Positions 7,360 through 15,915 of a stretch of 26,388 nucleotides of DNA are shown piece after piece (position 1 is the stretch's first letter; each line of letters starts with the position of its first letter). The DNA is from a virus (taxonomy: Duplodnaviria > Caudoviricetes). A program made the translations under genes and the position numbers. The notes under the pieces were generated by a model. The model was not told the DNA's origin. It was given only the letters and a program-made list of their open reading frames with translations, and did no database searches. The stretch spans positions 1-26,388 of IMG/VR virus record IMGVR_UViG_3300032219_000218; one strand, given 5' to 3'.

Positions 7360-8276
7360 TGTGTATTGCAATCTATAAACCAGAAGAAAAGATCATCAGT
7401 AAAGCAACACTAAAAGAATGTTATTCATCTAACCCAGATGGTGCAGGCTTTATGTTTTCTGATGACAAACAATTAAACATTCAGAAAGGTTTCTTTAACT
7501 TTGATTCCTTTTACAATGCATACAAACAACATCAAAACAAGAAAGTTGTTATTCATTTTAGGATTAAAACTCATGGTGAAATTAATGAAACAAACTGTCA
7601 CCCATTTGCTGTCAATAGCAGTTTGGCTTTTGTGCACAACGGTATTATTAGTGGCCTTGATGGTGATAAAGCTTTCTCTGACACTATCCACTTCAATGAA
7701 CAAATACTTCAACCGTTAGTAAACAAGTGGGGTAACCTAGCTTTATTCCAAGACCCTATGATTAATCTTCTTGAAACTCGTATTGGTTACAGCAAGCTTA
7801 TCTTCTTAGATAGACACGGCAACCACAAGATCATGAATGAACACAAGGGTGAATGGGATGATGGTGTATGGTATAGTAACAACAGTTACAAACCTTATGT
7901 TGCACCCGTTGTTACATCATGGAAGAATGATGTATATGATTATGGTAACTGGCGTAAACCTGTAGCTATTTCTAAACCTAAACCTAAAGTAGTAGCAATA
8001 GGTGCAATGGTAGAATTACTAGAAGATACAGCTGACCCTGCTACTCTTAAAGTATATGAAACAGGTGAGCTATGTGAGATTGTTGCAGTTAATAAAGATT
8101 TTACATGTGACCTAATGCATGATGACTACAAAGGTAAAAGTTCTTTTCTTTACAATGTTCCTTATCATTCTTTATCTTTTGTAGATGAGTTTGAAGATGA
8201 CACCATTGATCCAGTAGGTGTACCTGCATATCAAAACTATGCATCACCATCTTTACTAAAAGGTAAATCTAAATGA
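7359..8276 (+). CDS. Class II (Ntn) glutamine amidotransferase
   Basis: N-terminal nucleophile MC-, NPDGAG, HFRIKTHG, NCHPF, HNGII, SDT. Confidence 0.92.
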   Translation: MCIAIYKPEEKIISKATLKECYSSNPDGAGFMFSDDKQLNIQKGFFNFDSFYNAYKQHQNKKVVIHFRIKTHGEINETNCHPFAVNSSLAFVHNGIISGLDGDKAFSDTIHFNEQILQPLVNKWGNLALFQDPMINLLETRIGYSKLIFLDRHGNHKIMNEHKGEWDDGVWYSNNSYKPYVAPVVTSWKNDVYDYGNWRKPVAISKPKPKVVAIGAMVELLEDTADPATLKVYETGELCEIVAVNKDFTCDLMHDDYKGKSSFLYNVPYHSLSFVDEFEDDTIDPVGVPAYQNYASPSLLKGKSK

Positions 8277-9022
8277 GTCTTAAAATATTCCCTTACAAGT
8301 TAGGTAGTGTATCTGCTAAACGATTGGCTAGAACCCTTGGTACTCTAAGGGTTTCACCATCGTACAATGCTAAACGAAAAGATGTAATAGTTAACTGGGG
8401 CAATAGTACACCACCACATTTTCGTTGGATGGAGCAAGATTTAAATAAACCTCATGCTATTGCATTGGCATCTAATAAACTAGAAACTTTTAGAGAGTTT
8501 CGTAGCAACTCTTTTACTGATGTACCTGACTGGACTACTAACCATAGTGAAGCTCAACACTGGCTTGACTTAGGACTTAAAGTATACTGTCGTACAACAA
8601 CAAGAGGGCATAGTGGTAATGGTATAATTATATGTAATGATGGTGATAGACTTGCACATGCACCACTATACACATTACATAGTAAACATAAACACGAGTA
8701 TCGTGTCCATGTATTCCGTGGACAAGTAATAGATATTCAAATGAAGCGTAAGCGTAATGGTGCCCTAGGGGGCACAGGCATTCGTAACAAAGCAAATGGA
8801 TGGGTGTATGCCAGAGCAGAAATAGCCCCGCCCAAAGAGCTACTACTATCATCAATCAAAGCTGTTCAATTACTTAATCTCGACTTTGGTGCAGTAGACA
8901 TAGGACACAGAGTCATTGATAATAAATTCTTTGTATTCGAAGTTAATACTGCCCCAGGATTAGAAGGAACTACGCTTGACAAATATTCAAAAGCCATTTA
9001 TAATTACTATAGGAGTCTATAA
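8273..9022 (+). CDS. ATP-grasp ligase (phage RimK-like)
   Basis: GHSGNGI, EYRVHVF, LDFGAVDI, FEVNTAPGLEG. Confidence 0.9.
   Translation: MSLKIFPYKLGSVSAKRLARTLGTLRVSPSYNAKRKDVIVNWGNSTPPHFRWMEQDLNKPHAIALASNKLETFREFRSNSFTDVPDWTTNHSEAQHWLDLGLKVYCRTTTRGHSGNGIIICNDGDRLAHAPLYTLHSKHKHEYRVHVFRGQVIDIQMKRKRNGALGGTGIRNKANGWVYARAEIAPPKELLLSSIKAVQLLNLDFGAVDIGHRVIDNKFFVFEVNTAPGLEGTTLDKYSKAIYNYYRSL
8976..9004 (+). promoter_or_regulatory. Perfect sigma70 consensus promoter inside the 3' end of the ATP-grasp gene
   Basis: TTGACA (8976-8981), 17 nt spacer, TATAAT (8999-9004). An AGGAG RBS and the ATG at 9025 follow. Confidence 0.85.
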
Positions 9023-9024
9023 TT

Positions 9025-9357
9025 ATGTCAGTAGAAATTGGTAGTTTTGTAACATTCTTTAGTCTTGATGAAGAGTTTAAACATGTAACACTTCAAAACA
9101 TTGATCAATTTGTTGATGGTTTATCTTGGTATAAAGTAGAAGATATGGGTGATAATTGGTTTGATGTTAGGGCTGAAGGATCAAGCAAAACCATTCATGT
9201 AGGACAAGCGTACGATGAGTATACAATATACACTAAAGAAAATCTTAAAGAGTATCTTAACACGCTATTTAACAATAGCAACCATGCTGCTATCTGTGCT
9301 AAAATTAGACAACTATATCGTAAACAAGAGTTTCAATTTAAAGGGGTATATGGGTGA
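9025..9357 (+). CDS. Hypothetical protein (110 aa)
   Basis: AGGAG RBS and its own promoter. Confidence 0.8.
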   Translation: MSVEIGSFVTFFSLDEEFKHVTLQNIDQFVDGLSWYKVEDMGDNWFDVRAEGSSKTIHVGQAYDEYTIYTKENLKEYLNTLFNNSNHAAICAKIRQLYRKQEFQFKGVYG

Positions 9358-9569
9358 GATGCTTAGCTTGTAACAAAGCGTTAAATGATTTCGAGGCTAC
9401 ACGCAAGTCGGCAACGACTGGCATATTTGTAGACTTATGTAATCATTGTTATCATGATGTTGAGTATGACATTTCGTCTCTCGAACGAGAAGACTTAAGG
9501 GAAACTAATGATGTCGAAGACGAGATAGAACTTGATGATTTACAGGGAGATTTCTTAGATGTCCAATAG
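9354..9569 (+). CDS. Small zinc-finger protein with acidic tail
   Basis: CLAC...CNHC and a D/E-rich C-terminus. GTGA overlap with the upstream gene. Confidence 0.8.
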   Translation: MRCLACNKALNDFEATRKSATTGIFVDLCNHCYHDVEYDISSLEREDLRETNDVEDEIELDDLQGDFLDVQ

Positions 9570-9795
9570 AAATGATATTACTGGAGATAAACTTATTAAT
9601 AAAAGACTATCTAAACAAGGTGAAGAAAACTGGGATCGTATCTTTAAAAAACAAGGCATTACTTTAACTGAAGAAGAGTTAGCTAATGTAGAAATCATTG
9701 CTGATATTGTACAACATCATCATGATAAAAAACAATTAGCTGAGTATGAACTTGACAAGTCCACGGGTGAAGTGATTAAGAATTATAAGCCGTAG
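9559..9795 (+). CDS. Hypothetical protein (78 aa)
   Basis: Overlapping start with a GGAG upstream. NDITGD...NWDRIF motif. Confidence 0.75.
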   Translation: MSNRNDITGDKLINKRLSKQGEENWDRIFKKQGITLTEEELANVEIIADIVQHHHDKKQLAEYELDKSTGEVIKNYKP

Positions 9796-9834
9796 AACGC
9801 AGGGCATCCCCACGGGTGCATGCATTCATACGGT
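9789..9834. promoter_or_regulatory. Long hairpin, copy 2 of the twin element, at the convergence with pqqA
   Basis: gccgta-gaacgca-gg-gcatcc-ccac-gggtgc-a-tgcattc-a-tacggt. Confidence 0.65.
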
Positions 9835-9840
9835 ATGTAA

Positions 9841-9912
9841 TTACTTATTCATTACATACATTGTAACTTCAAAGCCAAAACGCATTTCTGTCGCTGCTGG
9901 TTTAGTCCACAT
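9841..9912 (-). CDS. pqqA: PQQ precursor peptide PqqA
   Basis: Manual translation gives [23 protein letters not shown] (23 aa), with the W-x-x-P leader and G-F-E-x-x-x-Y core of PqqA. AAGGAG RBS (9920-9925) lies 7 nt upstream. Below the ORF-track size cutoff. Confidence 0.96.
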   Translation of the reverse strand: MWTKPAATEMRFGFEVTMYVMNK

Positions 9913-9925
9913 AGTGTAGCTCCTT

Positions 9926-9990
9926 TTAATTATAGTATATAAATTTATACTATGATAATATTATACTATAATTTTACAATTATGTCGTGT
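9926..9990. promoter_or_regulatory. Palindromic AT-rich divergent promoter region (pqqA and primase)
   Basis: TATAGTATA/TATACTATA inverted repeats. TATAAT on minus (9965-9960, with ACGACA 17 nt upstream) and on plus (9967-9972, with TTTATA 17 nt upstream). Confidence 0.5.
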
Positions 9991-10021
9991 GTCATTCTGT
10001 TAATAACTACTAAGGATATTC

Positions 10022-10714
10022 ATGAGTAAATTCATTGGTCATATACCTTGTCCAAGTTGTGGTAGCAAAGATAACTTGGCAGAATATGACGATCATTTGT
10101 TTTGTTTTGGATGTAAATACTGGAAGTCTAAGAACACAATCGAAGGAGTTCGCAGAAGATTGGTAACAATCGACGAAGAATGTCCCAATGACTTAAATTT
10201 AGATTTAGTACTTGACATTCCTAAAGAAGCAATGCAATGGCTATTACAATACGAGATGACAAGTAAAGATTGTGAGACTTACCACATTACTTGGTGTCCG
10301 TCAAGAAAAGCTTTAGTACTTGTGTATCTACCACACTATTACCAAGCTAGAAACTTTAGCAATGGACCTAAATATTTGTCTAAAGGAAACAAGCCCTTGC
10401 TATTCTATGGTAACAGTGATACAATAGTTATAGTAGAAGATGTTTTATCTGCCATTAAAGTTAGCAAGGCTAACAATAATTACACAGGGTGTCCTCTATT
10501 AGGTTCAAGTATGCCTCTAAAACTCACAGAAACCATCCTAGAACGCTTTAAAAAGGTTTGGGTATGGTTGGATAGGGATAAGGCAATTGATGCGGTTAGA
10601 ATGGCTAGGAATTTAAAACAGAAGGGTATTGATGCTGATGTTATTATTACAGATAAAGATCCTAAAGAGTATAGCACTTATGATATTGACTTGATTATAA
10701 AGGATAAACAATGA
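10022..10714 (+). CDS. DNA primase (zinc finger plus TOPRIM)
   Basis: CPSCGSKD...CFGC, VIVEDVLSAIKV, WLDRD, KDPK. Confidence 0.92.
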   Translation: MSKFIGHIPCPSCGSKDNLAEYDDHLFCFGCKYWKSKNTIEGVRRRLVTIDEECPNDLNLDLVLDIPKEAMQWLLQYEMTSKDCETYHITWCPSRKALVLVYLPHYYQARNFSNGPKYLSKGNKPLLFYGNSDTIVIVEDVLSAIKVSKANNNYTGCPLLGSSMPLKLTETILERFKKVWVWLDRDKAIDAVRMARNLKQKGIDADVIITDKDPKEYSTYDIDLIIKDKQ

Positions 10715-10941
10715 AACAACCTGACGCTTGGCTGTATGAAGAATACGATACTACTGGGGCACTACGTGCCAAATACCTTTGGTCATTTCTTCCTGAAGAT
10801 CTACAACAAAGTACCCGACTCAAAGACGTGCATCACTTTGTGCTCACGCCTTTGTATCTGGATGTGAATGAAAGAAAGATATACAATAAAGAAAACAAAT
10901 ACAACAGTAAGAAACTTACAGAAGCATTTTGTGGACTGTAG
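10711..10941 (+). CDS. Hypothetical protein (76 aa)
   Basis: ATGA overlap with primase and an AAGGA RBS. Confidence 0.75.
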   Translation: MKQPDAWLYEEYDTTGALRAKYLWSFLPEDLQQSTRLKDVHHFVLTPLYLDVNERKIYNKENKYNSKKLTEAFCGL

Positions 10942-10952
10942 AAAGGAGTTAA

Positions 10953-12194
10953 ATGGTAGAGAAACAAATCATTAAGTTGTTTTGTGAAGACATAAATCTC
11001 TTTACAAAGTATTACAAGTATGTTAACATTAATTATATAAAGATTAATTATAATGATATATATAAATTATTTAATATAGTATCATTATACTATAGTAAAT
11101 ATAATACTAGTACTACTATTACTAATAATGAATTAGAGATATTCTATAATAGTAATTATTTATTACGTGATCAAGAACGTAAAGAACTTAGTCTTCTTTT
11201 AGAAGACATCTTTAATCAGGATACTACTAACAAGGGTATCATTGTCTCATTACTAGAAGAACATCGTAGACGTTCCCTAGCAGGACAAGTTGCACTAATG
11301 GCACTAGATGTAGAAGGAGGTAAGAAGTCTACTGAAGATCTTCTTAATTTATTCAATGAGTTCGAACATCAAGAGGTTGAAGCAGATGACATTACACCCG
11401 TTGATATGGACTTGGAGAATTTATATGACACACAGATTTCTACTCCTGGTTTACGTTGGCGCCTTGAGTGGCTTAATAAGTCTCTTGGATCTTTGCGTAA
11501 AGGTGACTTTGGTTTTATCTTTGCTCGCCCCGAGACAGGCAAGACTACGTTTCTTGCGAGTGAAATTACGCACATGGTGGGTCAAACTAGTGGTGATGTA
11601 CTATGGTTTAATAATGAAGAACAAGGAAAGAAAGTTGGAATTAGAGTCTACCAAGCAGCCCTTGGATTAACATTACATGACTTGTTTGAAGACAAAGCTA
11701 CTAACAAAGAACGATACAACACACTAACAGGTAATCGTATTCACATCTTAGACTTTGAAGATTCAAGTAGCAAAGTAAGAATAGAAGCAGTGCTTAAACA
11801 ATATAACCCAGCTCTTATTATCTTTGACCAGATAGATAAGATTCGTGGATTCAAAGGAGAAAGAAATGATCTTGAACTTAAACAAATTTATCAGTGGGCT
11901 AGAGAGATTGCTAAAACTTACGCACCAGTCATCGCTGTGTCACAAGCAAGTGGCGAAGCAGAAGGCAAGCTATTTCTAACAATGGATCAAGTTGACGGCT
12001 CCAAAACGGCTAAACAGGGTGAAGCCGATTGGATCTTAGGAATAGGTAAAGAACAAGATAACCTTAGTCGTAGTAGATATTTTAATATCTGCAAGAATAA
12101 ACTAGTAGGTGACATTGACACCTTACCTGATCTAAGACATGGTTCTAAACAAGTACTAATTAAAGCAGACATTGCAAGATATATTGATATTTAA
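10953..12194 (+). CDS. SF4 (DnaB/gp4-like) replicative helicase
   Basis: FARPETGKTT (Walker A), NNEE, IIFDQIDK, VSQA, GSKTAKQGEADWILGIG, KNK. Confidence 0.93.
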   Translation: MVEKQIIKLFCEDINLFTKYYKYVNINYIKINYNDIYKLFNIVSLYYSKYNTSTTITNNELEIFYNSNYLLRDQERKELSLLLEDIFNQDTTNKGIIVSLLEEHRRRSLAGQVALMALDVEGGKKSTEDLLNLFNEFEHQEVEADDITPVDMDLENLYDTQISTPGLRWRLEWLNKSLGSLRKGDFGFIFARPETGKTTFLASEITHMVGQTSGDVLWFNNEEQGKKVGIRVYQAALGLTLHDLFEDKATNKERYNTLTGNRIHILDFEDSSSKVRIEAVLKQYNPALIIFDQIDKIRGFKGERNDLELKQIYQWAREIAKTYAPVIAVSQASGEAEGKLFLTMDQVDGSKTAKQGEADWILGIGKEQDNLSRSRYFNICKNKLVGDIDTLPDLRHGSKQVLIKADIARYIDI

Positions 12195-12212
12195 ATTAAA
12201 GGAGTATCTATT

Positions 12213-12371
12213 TTGGATAATGATTTTACAGAAGTTTTAGAAGCTAGACCTGACTTGAACAGAGCAGACATCTATGATATAATAGATCTAATGGGTCCTA
12301 ATGAAACCCTACTTGAAGCAGTAAATAAATACTACCCACTCAACCAAGGAACTGGCGATTGCGCAGCTTAA
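12213..12371 (+). CDS. 52-aa acidic hypothetical protein (TTG start)
   Basis: AAGGAG RBS. MDNDFTEVLEARPDLNRADIYDIIDLMGPNETLLEAVNKYYPLNQGTGDCAA fills the helicase-polymerase gap. Confidence 0.65.
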   Translation: MDNDFTEVLEARPDLNRADIYDIIDLMGPNETLLEAVNKYYPLNQGTGDCAA

Positions 12372-13528
12372 TCTTAGATGTTGAAACAACCATAAGCAAT
12401 AAGGGCAATCCATTTGATGAAAGGAATAAACTTTGTTATGTTGGACTCTATAGTACTGATGGCACTTATCTATACGACATTGATTATAGTGGAAGCCCTA
12501 ACAGAGAAAGACTTGACGCTATACAAAGAAGCATCGACAGTCACGATACTCTTGTTGGCTTTAACATCAAGTTTGACTTGCACTGGTTAAGACGCTATGG
12601 AATTAACTTTATGGATAAGCGTATTTGGGATTGTCAGTTGGCTCATTTTATACTTATGGGACAACAATATCCCTATCCAAGTCTCAATGGTGTTGCTGAC
12701 TACTATGCTTTGGGTAGTAAACTTGATATCATTGCTACTGATTATTGGAAGAATGGGATAGACACTGACAAGATACCTAAAGACTTGTTAGAAGAATACC
12801 TTACACAAGATTTGCAGTTAACGCAAAAGGTATACGAGAAACAGATGGAAGAATTTGCAGCTGGTACAAAACAAATGCAAAGACTTCTTAGCTTACATAA
12901 CCAAGATTTATTAATATTAGAGGAGATGGAATACAATGGTCTTAAGTTTAATGAAACAGAATGTGTTAGGCTTGGTCAAGAAACTACAAAAGATATTGAA
13001 CGTATTGATTCAATCCTTTATACTTATCATAAGCTTCCTGAGTTTAATGCTAATAGCACTGAACATATTAGTGCTCTTCTCTATGGGGGATCTATTAAAG
13101 TCAGACGTCAAGAAGTTATTGGTACTTTTAAGACAGGGACTAGAGCGGGCTTACCAAAAAGCCAATGGAAAGAATACGTCATAGAGTTTCAACGTTTGGC
13201 TAATCCTCTTAAAGGTTCTGAGTTAGAGAAAGAAGGATTCTTTTCTAATGATGAACAGACACTACGATCTCTTAAAGGTAACAAACAAGCTAAAGAACTA
13301 ATAGAACTTATCTTAGCTAGGGCTACACTAGAGAAACGATTGTCTGCATACTATGAAGGATTGGTAGTACTACGCAAGACTATGAACTGGAAAGAAGGTA
13401 CACTACACGGTGTTCTTAATCAATGTGTTGCTAAGACAGGAAGACTATCGTCTACTAAACCTAACTTACAGAACTTTGATGGAGAAATTAAACAATTATT
13501 TGGGAGTAGGTATGCTGTTACAAGCTGA
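12359..13528 (+). CDS. Family A DNA polymerase, N-terminal part (3'-5' exonuclease, thumb, start of palm)
   Basis: LDVET (ExoI), GFNIKFDL (ExoII), YLTQD (ExoII), KTGRLSSTKPNLQN. Ends just before motif A. Confidence 0.93.
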   Translation: MRSLILDVETTISNKGNPFDERNKLCYVGLYSTDGTYLYDIDYSGSPNRERLDAIQRSIDSHDTLVGFNIKFDLHWLRRYGINFMDKRIWDCQLAHFILMGQQYPYPSLNGVADYYALGSKLDIIATDYWKNGIDTDKIPKDLLEEYLTQDLQLTQKVYEKQMEEFAAGTKQMQRLLSLHNQDLLILEEMEYNGLKFNETECVRLGQETTKDIERIDSILYTYHKLPEFNANSTEHISALLYGGSIKVRRQEVIGTFKTGTRAGLPKSQWKEYVIEFQRLANPLKGSELEKEGFFSNDEQTLRSLKGNKQAKELIELILARATLEKRLSAYYEGLVVLRKTMNWKEGTLHGVLNQCVAKTGRLSSTKPNLQNFDGEIKQLFGSRYAVTS

Positions 13529-14231
13529 CGCTAAAGCACTAGAGTGGGTATGTGCAGCTTATCTATCGCAAGATGAAACTGCTATTAAGGAGATATGGGA
13601 TGGGACAGATCAACACACAGATAATCAGGTTAGGTTTGGTCTACCTTCTCGTCTCATTGCTAAGACATTTGTTTTCCGACTCATCTATGGTGGCAGTGCT
13701 TATAGTTATGCTAATGATCCTAACTTCACTGATACCAGTAAACAAGAAACGTTCTGGCAGAACATCATTGATGAGTTCTATAAAAAGTATAGTGGTCTTG
13801 ATACCTGGCACAAAGAAATTGTTGAGAAAGCTAAAAGAGATAGAAAGATAACTATGCCTACAGGGAGGGTATATCATTATGAACCAGAAATAAGATATGG
13901 TAAAGCTAAATGGCCCCGCACACGAATCCTTAACTATCCAGTGCAAGGACTCGGTGCTGATTTGATGGCTATAGCAAGAGTTAGTCTAGCTAATAGACTA
14001 AAGAAAGTGGAAGGAACTAAGTTAATAAACACTGTTCATGATTCGATTATAGTTGACTTTGATGATAAACTATGCGATAATAATAGTATAGTTAAGTTAG
14101 TAGATGATTGTTTTACGGACATCCCTCTTAACTTTAAGAAGTTATTTGGGGTTGAATTTAATCTTCCTATGAGAGTCGAATGTCAAGTTGGACTCAATTG
14201 GGGTAACATGGAGATAGTAAATGCTAATTAA
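13512..14231 (+). CDS. Family A DNA polymerase, C-terminal part (motifs A, B, C)
   Basis: LLQADAKALE (A), RLIAKTFVFRLIYGG (B, Phe at the E. coli 762-equivalent position), NYPVQG, TVHDSI (C). GGGAG RBS before the ATG at 13512. Confidence 0.93.
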   Translation: MLLQADAKALEWVCAAYLSQDETAIKEIWDGTDQHTDNQVRFGLPSRLIAKTFVFRLIYGGSAYSYANDPNFTDTSKQETFWQNIIDEFYKKYSGLDTWHKEIVEKAKRDRKITMPTGRVYHYEPEIRYGKAKWPRTRILNYPVQGLGADLMAIARVSLANRLKKVEGTKLINTVHDSIIVDFDDKLCDNNSIVKLVDDCFTDIPLNFKKLFGVEFNLPMRVECQVGLNWGNMEIVNAN

Positions 14232-14748
14232 TATTGTTGATGTTGGAACACCTAGTACTAAAGCTTCGTCTAATGGTAGATCTTATCAAGAGATTGAGAT
14301 AACTTACAAGACTGAAAATGGTCAAGTATCTAATAAAAAACTTATGTCTTTTAGTAACCCATCGGTATTTAATCATATCAAAGGTTTATCTAAGGGTGAA
14401 GTTGTTAATGTAACTACAGTTAAAAATGCCAAGGGCTTTTGGGATTGGACAGGTATTGGTAGTGAAGATGATGCACCAGCAGCTACTCAAAGTAAACCAG
14501 CGACTGCTCAAGCAGGCGGTAGGGTTACAGGAAGTAACTATGAAACTAAAGAAGAGAGAGCAGCAAGACAGATTCTTATTGTCCGTCAATCTTCCTTATC
14601 TAGTGCAGTAGAATTACTTGGTGCTGGTAACTCTGTAGCAGATGTTATTGCAACAGCTAAGCAGTTTGAAGCTTATGTCTTTGGTACAAGTGCAAATCCT
14701 ACTAAAGAAGTAAACTTTGATGACATGGAAGATGATATCCCAGTATAA
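14221..14748 (+). CDS. Putative single-stranded DNA-binding protein
   Basis: Beta-rich OB-like N-terminus, acidic tail FDDMEDDIPV, and a position between polymerase and exonuclease. Confidence 0.7.
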   Translation: MLINIVDVGTPSTKASSNGRSYQEIEITYKTENGQVSNKKLMSFSNPSVFNHIKGLSKGEVVNVTTVKNAKGFWDWTGIGSEDDAPAATQSKPATAQAGGRVTGSNYETKEERAARQILIVRQSSLSSAVELLGAGNSVADVIATAKQFEAYVFGTSANPTKEVNFDDMEDDIPV

Positions 14749-15422
14749 TGAAAGCACTCATTGATGCTGATATAGTGGCGTATAGGGTTGCCTGTACGCT
14801 ACAGGATGATGATGCTCAGGACTTTGCGTATGCTAGGACAGAAGATCTAGTTGATCATATCTTAGTTAGTACCGAAGCTTCTGAGTATAATCTTTACTTA
14901 ACGGGTAAGAATAACTTTAGGTATAGTATATACCCTGAGTATAAAGCCCACCGTCCTAAAGAGAAACCGTTCTGGTTAGAACCTATTCGTCAATATCTTA
15001 TTGCTAATTTTAATGCAGAAGTTATTGATGGTATGGAAGCTGACGATGCACTTGGGTTAAATCAAACAGATAATACTATTATTTGTTCTATAGATAAAGA
15101 TCTTCTTATGATTCCTGGTAAACATTTTAACTTTGTTAAGAATGAATTCTGTGAGGTTAATGAGTTTGAAGGACTTAAACACTTCTATAAGCAATGTCTT
15201 ATGGGTGATAGGTCTGATAACATTAAAGGCATAGAAAAGATTGGTACTAAGAAAGCAGATAAAATCTTAGCTGAATGTGAAACAGAACAACACTTGTTTG
15301 AATCAGTTAGAAATGCTTATAGTAACGATGAAGAGTTTAAGATGAATGCTCAGGTTCTTTGGATTAGACAAAAAGGAAAGGAAGACTGGTTAGATGCTTA
15401 TATCAAACTGTGTACAGAATAA
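14748..15422 (+). CDS. 5'-3' exonuclease (T7 gp6/FEN-like)
   Basis: LIDADIV, NFR..IYPEYKAHR, EADD, SIDKDL, GDRSDNIKGI..IG.K.A. Confidence 0.93.
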   Translation: MKALIDADIVAYRVACTLQDDDAQDFAYARTEDLVDHILVSTEASEYNLYLTGKNNFRYSIYPEYKAHRPKEKPFWLEPIRQYLIANFNAEVIDGMEADDALGLNQTDNTIICSIDKDLLMIPGKHFNFVKNEFCEVNEFEGLKHFYKQCLMGDRSDNIKGIEKIGTKKADKILAECETEQHLFESVRNAYSNDEEFKMNAQVLWIRQKGKEDWLDAYIKLCTE

Positions 15423-15588
15423 AGATGGATCATTAGACTTTGAGTTTCATGTAGACCCTAAAGAAGCTGCCTTCTTAATGGACTATGCTATCAAAGAACT
15501 GGTGCGTAGAGGTGTCTTTGAAGTTGCAACAGATGCTGTTGAACAGGAGTTAGACTTATTCAAAGAAGAGGGTGGTCAAATCAATTGA
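15394..15588 (+). CDS. Hypothetical protein (64 aa)
   Basis: In-operon ORF overlapping the end of the exonuclease gene. Confidence 0.65.
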   Translation: MLISNCVQNKDGSLDFEFHVDPKEAAFLMDYAIKELVRRGVFEVATDAVEQELDLFKEEGGQIN

Positions 15589-15639
15589 TCATCCTTATCT
15601 GGGTAGCTCTAATGATTTTAATTTATGAAGGAGAGTAAC

Positions 15640-15915
15640 ATGAGTAACGGAAACTCACCAGCATTCCCGTGTCAAGATAACAAGAAACAAATCTATACTG
15701 GTATGAACCTTAGGGATTACTTTGCATTAGAAGCTTTAAATGGTCTTATTAAAAAAGGGTTTTTAGATTATATAGAAGTCCCTAATTATGATTCTGATCC
15801 TGATGAAGACGACAGTGATTTAGATGCCCCTGTTCTTCCTGATGCAAAAGCAATTGCTAAAGATGCTTATCTTATAGCAGATGCAATGCTTGACGAACGT
15901 GTCAAATATAAGTAA
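15640..15915 (+). CDS. Conserved phage protein (PAFP...GMxLRDYFA...AYxxADAML family) with acidic insert
   Basis: Motifs as named. AAGGAG RBS before the ATG at 15640. Insert NYDSDPDEDDSDLD. Confidence 0.8.
   Translation: MSNGNSPAFPCQDNKKQIYTGMNLRDYFALEALNGLIKKGFLDYIEVPNYDSDPDEDDSDLDAPVLPDAKAIAKDAYLIADAMLDERVKYK

Noticed and set aside
3697-9795. T7-like single-subunit RNA polymerase, integrase or repressor
   Set aside because: No ORF of suitable size or motif content. The promoters seen are host sigma70 type.
5806-9912. Idea that the amidoligase and ATP-grasp enzymes mature the PqqA peptide as a new RiPP pathway
   Set aside because: pqqA is on the opposite strand with separate signals and looks like a host-type PqqA, and this ligase module is known from unrelated phages. 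Proximity alone is not evidence.
13410-13511. Track start (GTG 13410) for the second polymerase ORF, or an intron/intein at the split
   Set aside because: The extension overlaps conserved ORF1 motifs, the ATG at 13512 has an RBS, and there is no intervening sequence.
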